NCBI RefSeq assembly: GCF_009914755.1
Contig: NC_060931.1
Length of the DNA stretch: 64,000 nt
Source of the DNA: the human T2T-CHM13v2.0 reference genome, Homo sapiens
Strand: one strand, 5' to 3'
This document shows, in pieces, positions 1-14,929 of the stretch (position 1 is the stretch's first letter; each line of letters opens with the position of its first letter). The notes below the pieces were generated by a model that ran no database searches, was not told the origin of the DNA, and saw only the letters and a list, made by a program, of their open reading frames with translations. Position numbers and translations under genes: made by a program.

Positions 1-3000
1 TAGGCAGCAGCCAGGGAGTGGTTACAGCAGGTCTTGGGGCAACACCCAGTCCTGTGCTGGCTTTAGATCTGACCCAGCACAATCCTAGTGGTGGTGGCCA
101 AGGAGTAGTTGTGTCACTCCACCCCTAGCTTTCAGTGGCTCAGAACAGAGAGAGACACTCTATTTGTGTGGGAGGAAGAAGAAAGAGAACAAGAGTTTTC
201 GTCCAGTAATCCATAGGATTCTTTCAGATCTTGTCCAAGGCCATCAAGGTAGTATGTCTATGAGTCTGCAAGAAACACAGCATTACTGGGCTTGGGGTGC
301 CCCCTAAAGCTGTTACAGCTTAGATCACAATACCCAAGTCCTTCTGAATATCTGGAAAGCTTTGCCAAGAAGGATGGGGACAAAGAAGGTGAGAAGGTGA
401 AGACTACAATAAATATCTAGCTTTTTAATGCCCAGACATCCAAGAACATCTACTAGTATCAACACCATCCAGGAAAACATGACTTCACCAAATGAGCTAA
501 ATAAGGTACCAGGAACCAATCCTAGTGAAACAGAGATATGTGACTTTTCAGACAGAGAATTCAAAATAGCTGTTTTAAGGAAACTCAAATTTAAGATAAA
601 GCGGAGAAGGTATTCAGAATTCTATCAGATAAATTTAACAAAGAGATTAAAATAATTATATATTAATTAAAAATAACTAATATATCATATAATTATATAT
701 TTTTTAAATTAATTGAATTAAAAAGAATCAAGCAGAAATTCTGGATTTGAAAAAGGTAATTGGCATACTGAAGAATGCATCAGAGTCTTTTAATAGCATA
801 AGAGATCAAACAGAAGAATTAGTAAGCTTGAAGACAGGTTATTTGAAAATGCACAGTCAGTGAAAACAAGAGGAAATAATAATTTTTAAAAATGAAGCAC
901 ATCTACAGGATCTAGAAAATAGCCCCCAAAGGGAAATCTAAGAGTTATTGGCCATAAAGAGGAGGTAGAAAAAGAGATGGGGTAGACAGTTAATTCAAAG
1001 GTATAATAACAAAACCCTAGGGAAAGATATCAATATCCAAGTACAAGAAGGTTATAAAACACTAAGCAGATTTGACCCAAAGAAGACTAGCTCAAGGCAT
1101 TTAATAACTCCAAAAGGTCAAGGATAAAGAAAGGATTCTAAAAGCAACAAGAGAAAAGAAGCATATAGCAGGCAATGGAGCTTCAATATGTCTGGTAGCA
1201 GACTTTTCAGTTGAAACCTTACAGACCAGGAGAGAGGGGCATGACATATTTACGGTGCTGAAAGAAAAAAACTTTTACCCTAAAATAGTATATCTGGTGA
1301 TGATATCCTTCAAATATAAAGGAGAAATAAAGACTTTTCTAGACAAACAGAAGCTGAGGGATTTTATCAACACCAGACCTGTCCTATGAGAAATGCTAAA
1401 GGGAGTACTTCAGTCCACAAGATAAAGGATGTTAATGAGCAATAAGAAATCACCTGAAAGTACAAACTCACTGGTAATATTAAGTACACAGAAAAACATG
1501 GAATATTATAACACAGTAACTGAGGTGTAAACTACTTCATCCTAAGTAAAAAGACTAAATGATGAACCAATAAAAAATAAAAAGTACAACAATTTTTGAA
1601 GACATAGACAGTACAATAAGATATAAATAGAAACAACAAAAAGTTAAAAAGCAGAAGGATAGAGGTAAGGCATAGAGTTTTTATTATTACTTGTGCTTAT
1701 TTGTTTGTTTATACAAACAGTGTTAGTTGTTATCAGCTTAAAAAAATGTGTTATAAGATAGTATTTGGAAGCCCCATGGTAACCACAAACCAAAATCAAA
1801 CAATGGATACACACAAAATAAAAAGCAAGAAACTAAATTATACCACCAGAGAAGATCACCTTCACTAAAGGAGGACAGGAAGAAAGAGAAGACAAAAAAA
1901 CAACCAGAAAACAAATAACAACATGGCAAGAGTAACTTCTTACTTATCAATAATAACATTGAATGTAAATGAACTAAACTCTGCAAACAGAAGACATACA
2001 GTAGCTGAATAGATGAAAAAGAAAAACCATTTGATCTGTTGCCTACAAGGAACACACTTCACCTATAAAGAGACACATAGACTGAAAAATAAAGGGATGG
2101 AAAAAGATATATTCCATGCAAATAGAAACCAAAAAAAGAAAAAGAGTAGCTACACTTATAACAGACAAATTAGATTTCATGACAAAAACTATAATAAGAC
2201 ACAAAGAAGGTCACTATATAATGATAAAGGTGTCATTTCAGCAAGAGGATATAACAGTTTTAAATACATATGCATTTAACAGTGGAGTACCGCGATATAT
2301 AAAGCAAATATTATTAGAGCTAAAGAGAGAGATGGGCCCCAATACAATAATAACTAGAGAATTCAACACCTCACCTTCAGCACTGGACAGATCTTCTGGA
2401 CAGGTAATAAACAAAAAAACATCAGACTTAATCTTCTCTTTAGACTGAATGAATTTAACGCATATTTATAGAACATTTCATCCAATGGCTACAGATCACA
2501 CATTCTTTCCCTCAGTATATGGATGATTCTCAAGGATAGACCATATGTTAGGTCACAAAACAAGACTTAAAACATTCAAAAAATGAAAATAATATTAAGC
2601 ATATTCTTTGACCACAATGGAATAAAACTAGAAATTGATAACAAGATGAATTTTTGAAACTCTACAAATACTGGAAAATTAATATGCTCCTGAATGACCA
2701 GTGGGCCAATGAATAAATTAAGAAGGAAATTGAAAAATGGCTTGAAACAAATGATGATGGAAACACAACATACCAAAAAATCTATGGGATACGATAAAAG
2801 CAGTACTAAGAGGAAAGTTTATAGCTATAACTGTCTACATCAAAAAAGAAGAAAAACTTCAAATAACCTAATGATGCAGCTTAAAGAACTAGAAAAGCAA
2901 GAGCAAACCAAACTTAAAATTAGTGGAAGAAAGAAATAATAAAGATCAGAGCATAAATAAATAAAATTGAAGAAAACAATACAAAAGACCAATGAAACAA

Positions 3001-5580
3001 AAATTTGGTTTATTGAAAAGTTAAACACAGTTGACAAGCCTTTAGCCAGACTAGGAAAAAAAGATCCAAATAAATAAAATTGGAGATGAAAAAGGAGACA
3101 TTACAACTGATACCACAGAAATTAAAAGGATTATTGGTGGCTACAATGAGCAACTATATGCCAATAAATTGGTAAATCTAGGAAAAATAGACAAATTCTT
3201 AGACACATACAACCTAGCAAGATTTAACCAGGAAGAAATCCAAAACCTGAAGATATGAATATCCAGTAACAAGATCGAAGCTATAATAAGAACTCTGTCA
3301 ATAAGAAAAGCACAGGAACTGAAGGCGGAAATCTGAAAGCCTTTCCTCGAAGATCTGGAACATGACAAGGATGCCTACTTTCACCACTGTTATTCAACGT
3401 AATACTGAAAGTCCTAAGCTAGAGCATTCAGACAAAAGAACAAAATAAAGGGCATCCAAATTGGAGTGGAAGAAGTCATATTATCCTTGTTTGCAGATGA
3501 TATGATCTTATATTTGGAAAAACCTAAAGACTCCACAAAAAAACTATTAGAACTGATAAACAAATTCTGCAAAGTTGTAGTATACAAAATCAACATACAA
3601 AAACCAGTAGCATTTCTATATGCTAACAATGAGCAATCTGAAACAAAAAAATCAAAATGTAATCCCATTTACAATAGCCACAGATAAAATTAAATACCTG
3701 GGAATTAACCATAAAGTGAAAGATCTCTATAATGAAAAATATAAAACACTCATGAAAGAAATTGAGGAGAACACCAATAAGATGAAAAGGTATTTCATAT
3801 TCATGAATTGAAATAATCAATATTGTTAAAATGTCCGTCCTTCCCAAAGTGATCTATAGATTCAGTGTAATTCCTATGAAAATACCAATGACATTCTTCA
3901 CAGAAATAAAAAAAAAAATTTTAAATTTAAAATTAAAATTTATTTGGAACCACAAAAGACCCAGAATAACCAGATCTATCCTGAACAAAAAGAACAAAAC
4001 TGGAGGAATCACATTACCTAACTTCAAATTATGCTACAGAGCTAGAGTAACCAAAACAGCATGGTACAGCATAAAAACAGACATGTAGATCAATGGAACA
4101 GAATGTATAACCCAGAAACAAATCCACACAGCTACAGCGAATTCATTTTGACAAAGGTGCCAAGAACATACTCTTAGGAAAACAGTCTCTTCAATAAATG
4201 GTTCTGGGAAAACTGAATGTTCATATGCGGAAGAATGAAACTAGACTTCTGTCTCTCAACATATACAAAAAGCAAATCAAAATAAAGACTTAAAGCAAAG
4301 ACCTCAAAATATGAATCTACTACAAGAAAACACTGGGGAAACTCTCCAGGACATTGGTCTGGGCAAAAATTTCTTGAGTAATACCACACAAGCATAGGCA
4401 ACCAAAGCAAAAATGGATAAATGTGATCAGCTCAAGTTAAAAAAAAAACTTCTGCACAGCAAACAATCAACAAAGTGAAGAGACACCCCACATAATGGGA
4501 GAAAATATTTGCAAACTACCCATCTGAGATGGTGTTAATAACCAGAATATTATATAAGGAGCTCAAAATAACTCTATAGGAAAATTTTAATAATATGTTT
4601 CAATAATTGGCCAAAGACTTAAATAGACATTTCTCAAAAGAAGACATACAAATGGCAAACAGACATGTGAAAAAGTGCTAGACATCATTGATCATCAGAA
4701 AATGCAAATCAAAACAACAATGAAATATCATCTCACCACAGTTAAAATGGCTTATATCCAAAAGACAGGCAGTAACAAATGCTGGTGAGGATATGGGGAA
4801 CAGGAAATCCTCATACACTGTTGGTAGAAATGTAAATTAGTACAACCACTAAGAAGCATTCAGAACTTCCTTGAGAAGCTGAAAATAGAACTATCATATG
4901 ATCCAGCAATCCTACTGATGGGTATATACACAAAAGAATGGAAATCAGTATACGGAAGAAATATCTTTACTCTCATGTTTATTGCAGTACTGTTCACAAT
5001 AGCCAAGATTTGGAAGCAACCAAAGCATCCATCAACAGATGAGTGGATAAAGAAAATGTGGTACATATACACAATGGAGTACTATTCAGCCATAAAAAGA
5101 ATGAGATACAGTCATTTGCAACAACATGGATGGAACTAGAGATCATTATGTTAAGTGAAATAAGCCAGGCACAGAAAGACAAACATCACATGTTCTCACT
5201 TATTTGGGGGATCCAAAAATCAAAACAATTGAACTCATGGACATAGGGTGGAAGGATGGTTTCCAGAGGCTGGGAAGGGTAGTGAGGGGTTGCAGGGGGA
5301 AGTGGGGATGGTTAATAAGTACAAAAAATAGAATAGTAAGACCTACTATTAGGTAGCACATCAGGGTTACCATAGTCAATAATAACTTAATTGTACATTT
5401 TAAAATAACTAAAAAGAGTCTAATTGGATTGTTTGTAACACAAAGCATAAATGCTTGAGTGGATGGATACCTCCTTCTCTGTGATGTGATCATTACACAT
5501 TGCATGCCTGTATCAAAGTATCTCATGTACCCCATAAATATATATACCTATGATGTACCCACAAAAATTTAAAATTTAAA
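1..5580 (+). mobile_element. Decayed long L1 (L1MA1-3-like); 5' portion extends beyond the window start
   Basis: ORF1 remnants (~430-1440), endonuclease remnants (ICCLQGTH, KEGHYIMIK), RT motif SLFADDMI (~3490), C-terminal WIKKMWYIYTMEYYSAIK, and an L1MA-type 3' UTR ending ...gtacccacaaaaatttaaaat. Many stops and frameshifts. Confidence 0.9.
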
Positions 5581-7582
5581 AATATTGTATGGTTCCAAAG
5601 GAGTTATTGCAATGTGTAATATACAAGTGTTACAAAATAATTTGTAAAATGCATCAACAGTAACTGTTCTATTTCATCAAAATAGAGTTTATATATTATT
5701 GTTTGCATGTGCTCACAATTACCAAAAAATTATTTTAAAATGTCAATTACCAAAGAAATTGTTTTAAAATGTCATGGCACTGGACTTGGTGGGCAAGATG
5801 GCAGATAGGAGATAGGGCTAATGTGCAGTTCTCACCTGGATGAACTGAACTGTGTGTGGAGACTCACACTGTGATCTGTTGCTCCAAGAACCAACAAAGG
5901 AACATACCAGGAAAACCTGAAGGATTCCCAGATCCTTTGAAAGAAGCAGCACACTACTACAAATTTCATGAAACAGGTGAAAAACTGAGCATTCCCAAAG
6001 TGTGAGAGAAGGAAAACCTGCCTCCAAACATACATTTCTACTGGGGGACCTGAAAATCCAGATCATGAGATTATGGAAGAAGGATTTAACCTCTCCTGGA
6101 GTTGAAATGGATTTAGGGAGTCACATGAAATATAAAAGTAGAAGTAGCAGCAGAAAATGCCTTGCAGGCAGTCCCAGTCTCCAGCTGAAGCCCAGGGAAG
6201 CCATCTCTGATGATATCTTATAGGGGCCCTTGGGGAAGGCAGCCAGAGGAATTGGGAAGTAGTCACAGTGCAAAGGAAACTCTGAACTGAAATTTGTAGT
6301 TGTTTCAACTGGGCACAAATCTTCTCAGGTGAAGTCCAGGAGACAAGCAGGAGTGGCTGCAGATTCGAGCACAGGAGCCGCAGCCAATGGAGTGGGCAGA
6401 TGCAAAGGAGCAAGGGCCATGCTTGCTTTTTTAGTGGGGAAGTCTATGTCCTCAGGCAAGGTCTTATTGGGGCACTGTGGGAGTGAGACTGGCCTTGCCA
6501 ATTGCATGGGGGGGTGGGTTAGGCCTCTCACTAATGGCTATTCCCCACTTCTCTGGTGAACTATATGACACAGCAGAGGCAGCCAAGATGTCTTTTGGCC
6601 TGAGAACCACCCTGCATCCCCACAGTGGCTATAGCAAGCCCCAGCCAAGGAGAGGCTGAGCTCAGACCTGCATAACCCTGCCCTGACCTGATAGGATTTC
6701 TTTACCCACCCTAGTAGCTGATTACAAAAGATAAACTCTTGGGAGCTTTATGGCCCTGCCCATCACCTGAGAAACTGAAATACTTACCCTGGCCAAGTTA
6801 GGGCAAGCTTAGATCCCTCCACTAATACTGCAGCTGTTGCTGTCTTGGAAACACCACCTTCTGGTTGGAGGCCAACCAACTCAGGCCATTACAGCAACTC
6901 ATGGTAGAATAACCCTGATCCCAGGAAGGAGAAGACAACACCTAATTCCACTGCCTACAAGATACTGGCTAACCAGAGTTCCTGAGCGTGTCCCTGTGAA
7001 AACATCACTGCTAGCATAACCATCATTCAAGAAAGCCAGCACACTAAACATATCTACAACCATGGACTCTCACAGAGTCTACCTCACTTCGCTGCCACCT
7101 CTACCAGAGCAGGTGCTGGTATCCATGATTGAGAGACCTGAAGATGGATCACATCATAGGACTCTGTAGACATTCCCCAGCACCAGTCTAGAGCCTGGTA
7201 GCCCAGCTTGGTAACCAGACCCAAAAGAGCAATAACAATCTCTGCGTTCCAGCTCTCAGGAAGCCCCATCCCTAGGGTAAGGGGGGAAGCACCACATCAA
7301 GGGATCACCCTGTGGGACAAGAAAATCTGAACAGCAGATGTTGAGTTTCAGACCTCTCCACTGAAATAATCTACGCAAACGAGAAGGAACCAGAAAAGTA
7401 ATTCTGGTAATGTAACAAAACAAGGTTCTATAGTATCCCCAAAAGATCATACCAGCTCCCCAGCAATGGATCCAAACCAAAAAGAAATCTCTGAATAGCC
7501 AGATAAAAAATTCAGAAGGTTGATTATTAAGGTACTCAGATACCAGAGAAAGGTGAAAACAAACTTAAAGATATTAAAACAA

Positions 7583-7935
<353 letters not shown>

Positions 7936-9286
7936 TCATAAAGAAAAAACAATCACAACTTTTGGAAATGAAAGACACACTTACGGAAATACAAAAAGTG
8001 TAGTGTGGGAAGTTTCAACAATAGACTAGAACAAGTAAAAGAAAGAATTTTGGAGCTCAAAGACAAGGCTTTCAAATTAAGCCAATCAGACAAAGACAAG
8101 AAAAAAAAAAGAATAAAAAAGTGAACACAGCCTCCAAGAAATTTGGGATTATGTTAAATGGCAAACCTAAGTATAGTTGGTTTTCTGGAGGAAGAAGAGA
8201 AATTTAAAAGTTTGGAAAGCATATTTGAGGGAATACTTGAGGAAAACTTCCCTGGCCTTGCTAGAGATCAAGATACCCAAATACAAGAAGCTCAAAGAAC
8301 ACCTGGGAAATTCATTCCAAAAAGATCATCACCTAGCACATAGTCATTAGGTTATCTAAAGTTAAGACAAAGGAAAGAATCTTAAGAGCTGTGGGACAAA
8401 AGTATCAGATAACCTATAAAGGAAAACCTATCAGATTAATAGCAGAATTATCCATAGAAACCTTACAAGACAGAAAGAATTGGGGTGTCATCTTTAGCCT
8501 TCTGAAACAAAATAATTGTCAGCCCAGGATTTTGTATCCAGTAAAATGGAGCTTCATAAATGAAGGAGAGATAAAGTCTTTTTCAGACAAACAAATGCTG
8601 AGAAAATTTGCCACAACTAAGCCAGCGCTATAAGAAATGCTAAAAGGGGTTCTAAATCTTGAAACACACCAAAATAGAACCTCCTTAAAGCATAAATGTC
8701 ACCAGGCCTATAAAACAATAACACAATTAAAACAAAACATAAGGTATTAAGGCAACAACTAGCATGATGAAGAAAACAGTACCTCACATCTCACTGCTAA
8801 TGTTGAACGTAAATGGCCTAAATTCTCCAATTAAAAGATATAGAATGGCAGAATGGATAAAAATCCACCAACAAAATATCTGCTGTCTTCAAAAGACTCA
8901 CCTAACACATAAGGACTCACATAAACTTAAGGTAAAGGGGTGGAAAAAGATATTCCATGCAAATGGAAACCAAAAGCAAGCAGCAGTAGCTATTCTTCTA
9001 CCAGGAAAAAACAGACTTTAAAGCCAACAGCAGTTAAAAAAAAAAAAAAAAAAAGACAAAGAGGAACGTTATAAAATGATAAAAGAATTACTCCAACAGA
9101 AAAATATCACAATTCTAAATATATATGCACCTAACACTGGAGCTCCCAAATTTATAAGGGAATTATTACCAGACCTAAGATGTGAGATAGATGGCAACAC
9201 AATAATAGTGGGGGGGCTTCAATACTCCTCTGACAGCACTAGATAGTTCATCAAGACGAGAAGTCAACAAAGAAATAACGGACATA

Positions 9287-9613
<327 letters not shown>

Positions 9614-12446
9614 GACATAAACTATACTCTAGAACAAATGGATTTAACAGATAGTTACAGAACGTTCTACTCAACAACTGCAGGATATACATTACTTTCT
9701 TCAACACACAGAACATTCTCCAAGATAGACCATATGATAGCTTACAAAACAAGTCTTGATAAACTTAAGAAAATAAAAAGTATATCAGGTATTCTCTCAG
9801 ACCACAGTGGAAAAAAAGTGGAAATTAACTCCAAAAGGAACCCTCAAAACTATACAAATACTTGGAAATTAAATCACCTGTTCCTTAATGATCATTGAGT
9901 CAACAATGAAATAAAGATAAAATTTAAAAATTGAGCTGATTGATGATAGTGACACAACTTATCAAAACCTCTGGCATACAGCAAAAGTGGTGCTGAGAGG
10001 AAAATTCATAGCATTAAATGCCCTCATCAAAAAGTCTGAAAGAGCACAAATAAAAAAATCTAAGATTATACCTCAAGCAAATAGAAAAACAAGTACAAAC
10101 AATATGCAAACCCAGCAGAAAAAAAGAAATAACAAAGATCAGAACAGAACTAAATGAAATACAAACAAAAAAATACAAAAGATAAATGAAAAAAAGTGGG
10201 TTCTTTGAAAAGATAAACATAATTGATAGACCATTAGCAAGAATAACCAAGAAAAAAAGAGAGAAGATCCAAATGTCAATTAGAAACAAAACAGGAAATA
10301 TTACAACCAATACCACAGAAATACAAAAGATCATTCAAGGCTACTATGAACACATTTACAAACTAGAAATCTAATGTAGATGGATAAATTCCTGGAAATA
10401 TACAACCTTCCTAGATTAAATCAGGAAGAAATAGAGATTCTAAACTGACCAATGACAAATAGCAAAATTGAAACAGTAGTAAAAAAAAAAAAAAAAAAAA
10501 AAGCCAACAAAAAAGTCCAGAACCAGACGGATTCGCAGCTGAATTCTAACGGACATTCAAAGAAGAATCGACACCAATCTTACTGAAACTATTCCAAAAG
10601 ACAGAGAAGGAGGGAATTCTCCCTAAATCATTCTGTGAAGTCAATATCACCCTAATACCAAAGCCAGGAAAGGACATAACAGAAAAGGAAAACTACAGAC
10701 CAATACTGCTGATGAACATATATGCAAAAATCCTCAACAAAATACTAGCTAACCAAATTCAACAGCATATCAAAAAGATAATACACCATTATCAAGTGGG
10801 TTTCGTACCAGGGATGCAGGGATGATTTAACATACACAACCAAATAAATATGATGCATCACATAAAATAATTAACAACAGAAGTCATATGAGCATCCCAA
10901 TAGATGCAGAAAAAGCATTTGACAAAGTCCAGCATCCCTTTACGAATAAAACCTTCTGCAAAATTGGCATAGAAGGGATGTACCTCAATGTAATAAAAAC
11001 CATCTATGACAAACCCACAGCCAACATTATACTGAATGGGAAAAAGTTGAAAGCATTCATCCTGAGAACTGGAACAAGAGAAGGATGCCCACCCCCACCA
11101 CCTCTATTTAACATAGTACTGGAACTCCTAGCTGTAGCAATCAGACAAGAGAAAGAAATAAAGGGCATCAGAATCTGTAAAGAGGAAATTAAAGTTGTGC
11201 TGTTCACAGATGATATGATCATATACCTAGAAAACCCTAAAGATTCATCCAAAAAGCTCCTAGATATGATAAATTAATTTAGTAAAGTTTCAGGATATAA
11301 AATCAATGTACACAATTCAGTAGCACTGCTATACACCAACAACAACCAAGCTGAGAAACAAATCAATAACTCAATCCCTTTTACAACAGCTTCACAAAGT
11401 AATAATAATAATAAAATACTTAGGACTATACCTAACCAAGGAGGTGAAAGATCTCTACAAAGTTAACTACAAAACACTGGTGAAAGAAATCATTAATGAC
11501 ACAAACAAATGGAAACACAACCCAATGCTCATGGATGGGTAGAATCAATACTGTGAAAATGACCATACTGCCAAAATCAATCTACAGATTGCAATTTCCA
11601 TCAAAGTACCATCAATATTCTTCACAGAACTATAAAAAACAATCCTAAAGTTCATATGAAACCAAAAACAAGCCTGCATAGCCAAAGCAAGACAAAGCTA
11701 AAAGAACAAATCTGGAGGCATCACGTTACCCTAATTAAAACTATTCTACAAGGCTATAGAGACCAAAACAGGATGGTACTGGTGTAAAAATAGGCAAGTA
11801 GACCAATGGAACAAAATAGAGAATCCAGAAATATAGCCAAATATTTAAAGCCAACTGATCTTCAACAAAGCAAACAAAAACATTAAGTGGGGAAAGGATA
11901 CCCTATTCAACAAATGGTGCTGGGATAATTGGCAAGTCACATGTAGAAGTATGAAGCTGCATCCTCATCGCTTAACTTATGTAAAAAATCAACTCAAGAT
12001 TGATCAAAGACTTAAATGTAAGTCCTGAAACCGTAAACATTCTAGAAAATAACATCAGGAAAGTTCTTCTAGACATTGACATAGGCAAAAATTTCATGAC
12101 AAAGCATCCGAAAGCAAATGCACCAAAAACAAAGATAAATAAATGGGACCTAATTAAACTAAAAGCTTCTGCACAGCAAAAGAAATAGTCAGCAGAGTAA
12201 ACAGACAACCCACAGTGGGAGGAAATCTTTGCACACTATGTAGGTGACAAAGCACTAATATCCGGAATCCACAAGAAACTCAAACAAATCAGCAACAAAA
12301 AACCAATCCCATCAAAAAGTGGGAAAAGAGCATGAGTAGAGAATTCTCAAAAGAAGATGTACAAATGGACAACAAACATATGAAAACATGCCCAATGTCA
12401 CTAATTATCAGGGAAAGGCAAATCAAAACCACAATGAGATACCACC

Positions 12447-14072
12447 TGATATGGTGGTTCGGTTGTGTCCCCACCCAAATCTCATCTTGAATTGTAGTTC
12501 CCATGATCCCCAACCCAGTGTTGCGGGAGGGACCAGGTAGAGATAATTGGATAATGGGGGTGGTTTCCCTAATCCTGTTGTGATAGTAAGTTAGTTCTCA
12601 CGAGATCTGATGGTTTTATAAGGGGCTTTTCTGCCTTTGCGTTGCTCTCATTCTCTCTTGCTGCCCTGTAAAGAGGTGCCTTCCACCATGGCTGTTAAGT
12701 TTCCTGATGCCTCCTCAGCCATGTGAAACTAAGAGTCAATTAAAACTCTTTCCTTTATAAATTACCCAGTCTCAGGTATTTCTTCATAGCAATGTGAGAA
12801 CAGACTAATACAGTAAATTGGTACTGGGTAGTGGGGTGCTGCTGTAAAGATATCCAAAAATATGGAAGCAACTTTGGAACTGGGTAACAGGAAGAGACTG
12901 GAACAGTTTGGAGGGCTCAGAATAAGACAAGAAAATGTGGGAAAGTTTGGAGACTTGTTGAATGGTTTTGACCAAAATGCTGATAGTGATATGGACAATG
13001 AAGTCTAGTCTGAGGTGGTCTCATATGAAGATGAGGAACTTATTGGGAACTGGAGTAAAAGTGACTCTTGCTATGCAAAGAGACTGGTGGCATTTTGTCC
13101 CTGCCTCATTCAAGAGGAAGCAGAGCATAAAAGTTTGGAAAATTTGCAGCCTGACAATGAGGTAGAAAAGAAAACTCCGTTTTCTGGTGAGAAATTCAAA
13201 CAGGCTGCAGAAATTTGCACAAGCAGCCCATCCCATCACAGGCCCAGAGGCCTAGGAGGGAAAAATCTTTTGTGTGTTAGGCCCTTGGGACATGGTGCCC
13301 AGCATCCCAACTGCTTCAGCGCCAGCCTTGGCTAAAAGGGGTCAAGGAACAGCTCAAGCCATTGCTTCAGAGGATGCAAGCCCCAATCCATGGTGACTTT
13401 CACATGATGTTGGGCCTGTGGGTACACAGAAGTCAAAAACCAAGGTTGGAGAACCTCCACCTAGATTTCAGAGGATGTATGGAAATGCCTGGATGTCTAA
13501 ACAGAAGTTTGCTTTGCTACAGGGGTCAAGCTCTCATAGAGATCCTCTGCTAGGGCAGTGCAGACGAGATATGTGGGGTTGGAGCCCCCACACAAGACTT
13601 TGGACTTGAGCCTTTGGGTTAATGCTGGAATAAGCTAAGACTTTGAAGACCATTGGAAAGGCATGATTGTGTTTTGAATTGTGAGGTCATGAGATTTGGG
13701 AGGGGCCAGGAGAAGAATGGTATGCCTTGGCTATGTCCCCACCCAAATCTCATCCTGAATTATAGGTCCCATAATCCTATGCGAGGACCAGATGGAGTTA
13801 ATTGAATCATGGAGGCAGTTTCCCCACATCTTGTTGTTGTGATAATAAGTTAGTTCTCATAAGGTCTGATGGTTTTATAGGGAGCTTTTCCTCCTTTGCT
13901 CAACTCTCATTCTCTCTCCCGCCACCCTGTGAAGAGGTGCCTTCTGCCATGATTGTAAGTTTCCTGAGGCCTCCCCAGCAATGTGGAAATGTGAGTCAAT
14001 TAAACTTCTTTCCTTCATAAATTACCCAGTCTTAGGTATTTATTCATAGCAACATGAGCATGGACTAATACA
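12447..14072 (+). mobile_element. THE1 (MaLR; THE1C/D-like) LTR-internal-LTR element nested in L1PB
   Basis: 5' LTR 12447-12812 (tgatatgg...ctaataca), internal region 12813-13717 ending in a purine tract, 3' LTR 13718-14072. Diverged 5-bp TSD ccacc/ttacc. L1 sequence resumes seamlessly afterwards. Confidence 0.9.
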
Positions 14073-14929
14073 TTACCTTATTCCTGCAAGAATGGCCATA
14101 ATTAAAAAATCAAAAAATAACAGGTGGCATGGATGTGGTGAAAAGGGAACACTTCTACACTGCTGGTGGGAATATAAGCTAGTACAAGCACTATGGAAAA
14201 CAGTATGGAGATTCCCTAAAGAACTAAAGGTAGAGCTACCATTTGATCCAGCAATCCCACTACTGGGTATCTACCCAGAGGAAAAGAAGTCATTATATGA
14301 AAAAGATACTTGCACACACATTTTTACAGCAACAGTATTTGCAATTGCAACAATATGGAACCAGCCTAAAAGTCCATCAACCAATGAGTGGATAAAGAGA
14401 ATGTGGTATATATACACCATGGAATACTACTCGTCATAAAAAGAATGAAATAATGGCATTGGCAGCAACCTGGATGGAGTTGGAGACTATTATTCTAAGT
14501 AAAATAACTCAGCAATGGAAAACCAAATATTGTATGTTCTCACTTGTAAGTGGGAGCTAATCTATGAAGACATAAAAGCATAACAATGATATAATGGACT
14601 TTGGGGACTTGGCGGGGAAGGGATGGGGTGAGGGATAAAAGACTACGTATTGGGTACAGTGTACACTGCTCAGGTGATGGGTGCACCAAAATCTCAGAAA
14701 TCACCACTAAAGAACTTTATGTAACCAAAAACCACCTGTACCCCCCAAAATACTGAAATGAAATAAAAATTTAAACATTGTGCTTTCTCAGAAAAAAAAT
14801 GACAAGACGCTGTAAAAATTTTTAATTATTTTATAAAATAGATACATACGTGCATGTGTATTTCTTTTCAAATCTTTCCAAAATATAATTTTATTGAAGA
14901 ATAGTATATCAATAAATAAGTTACAGCAT

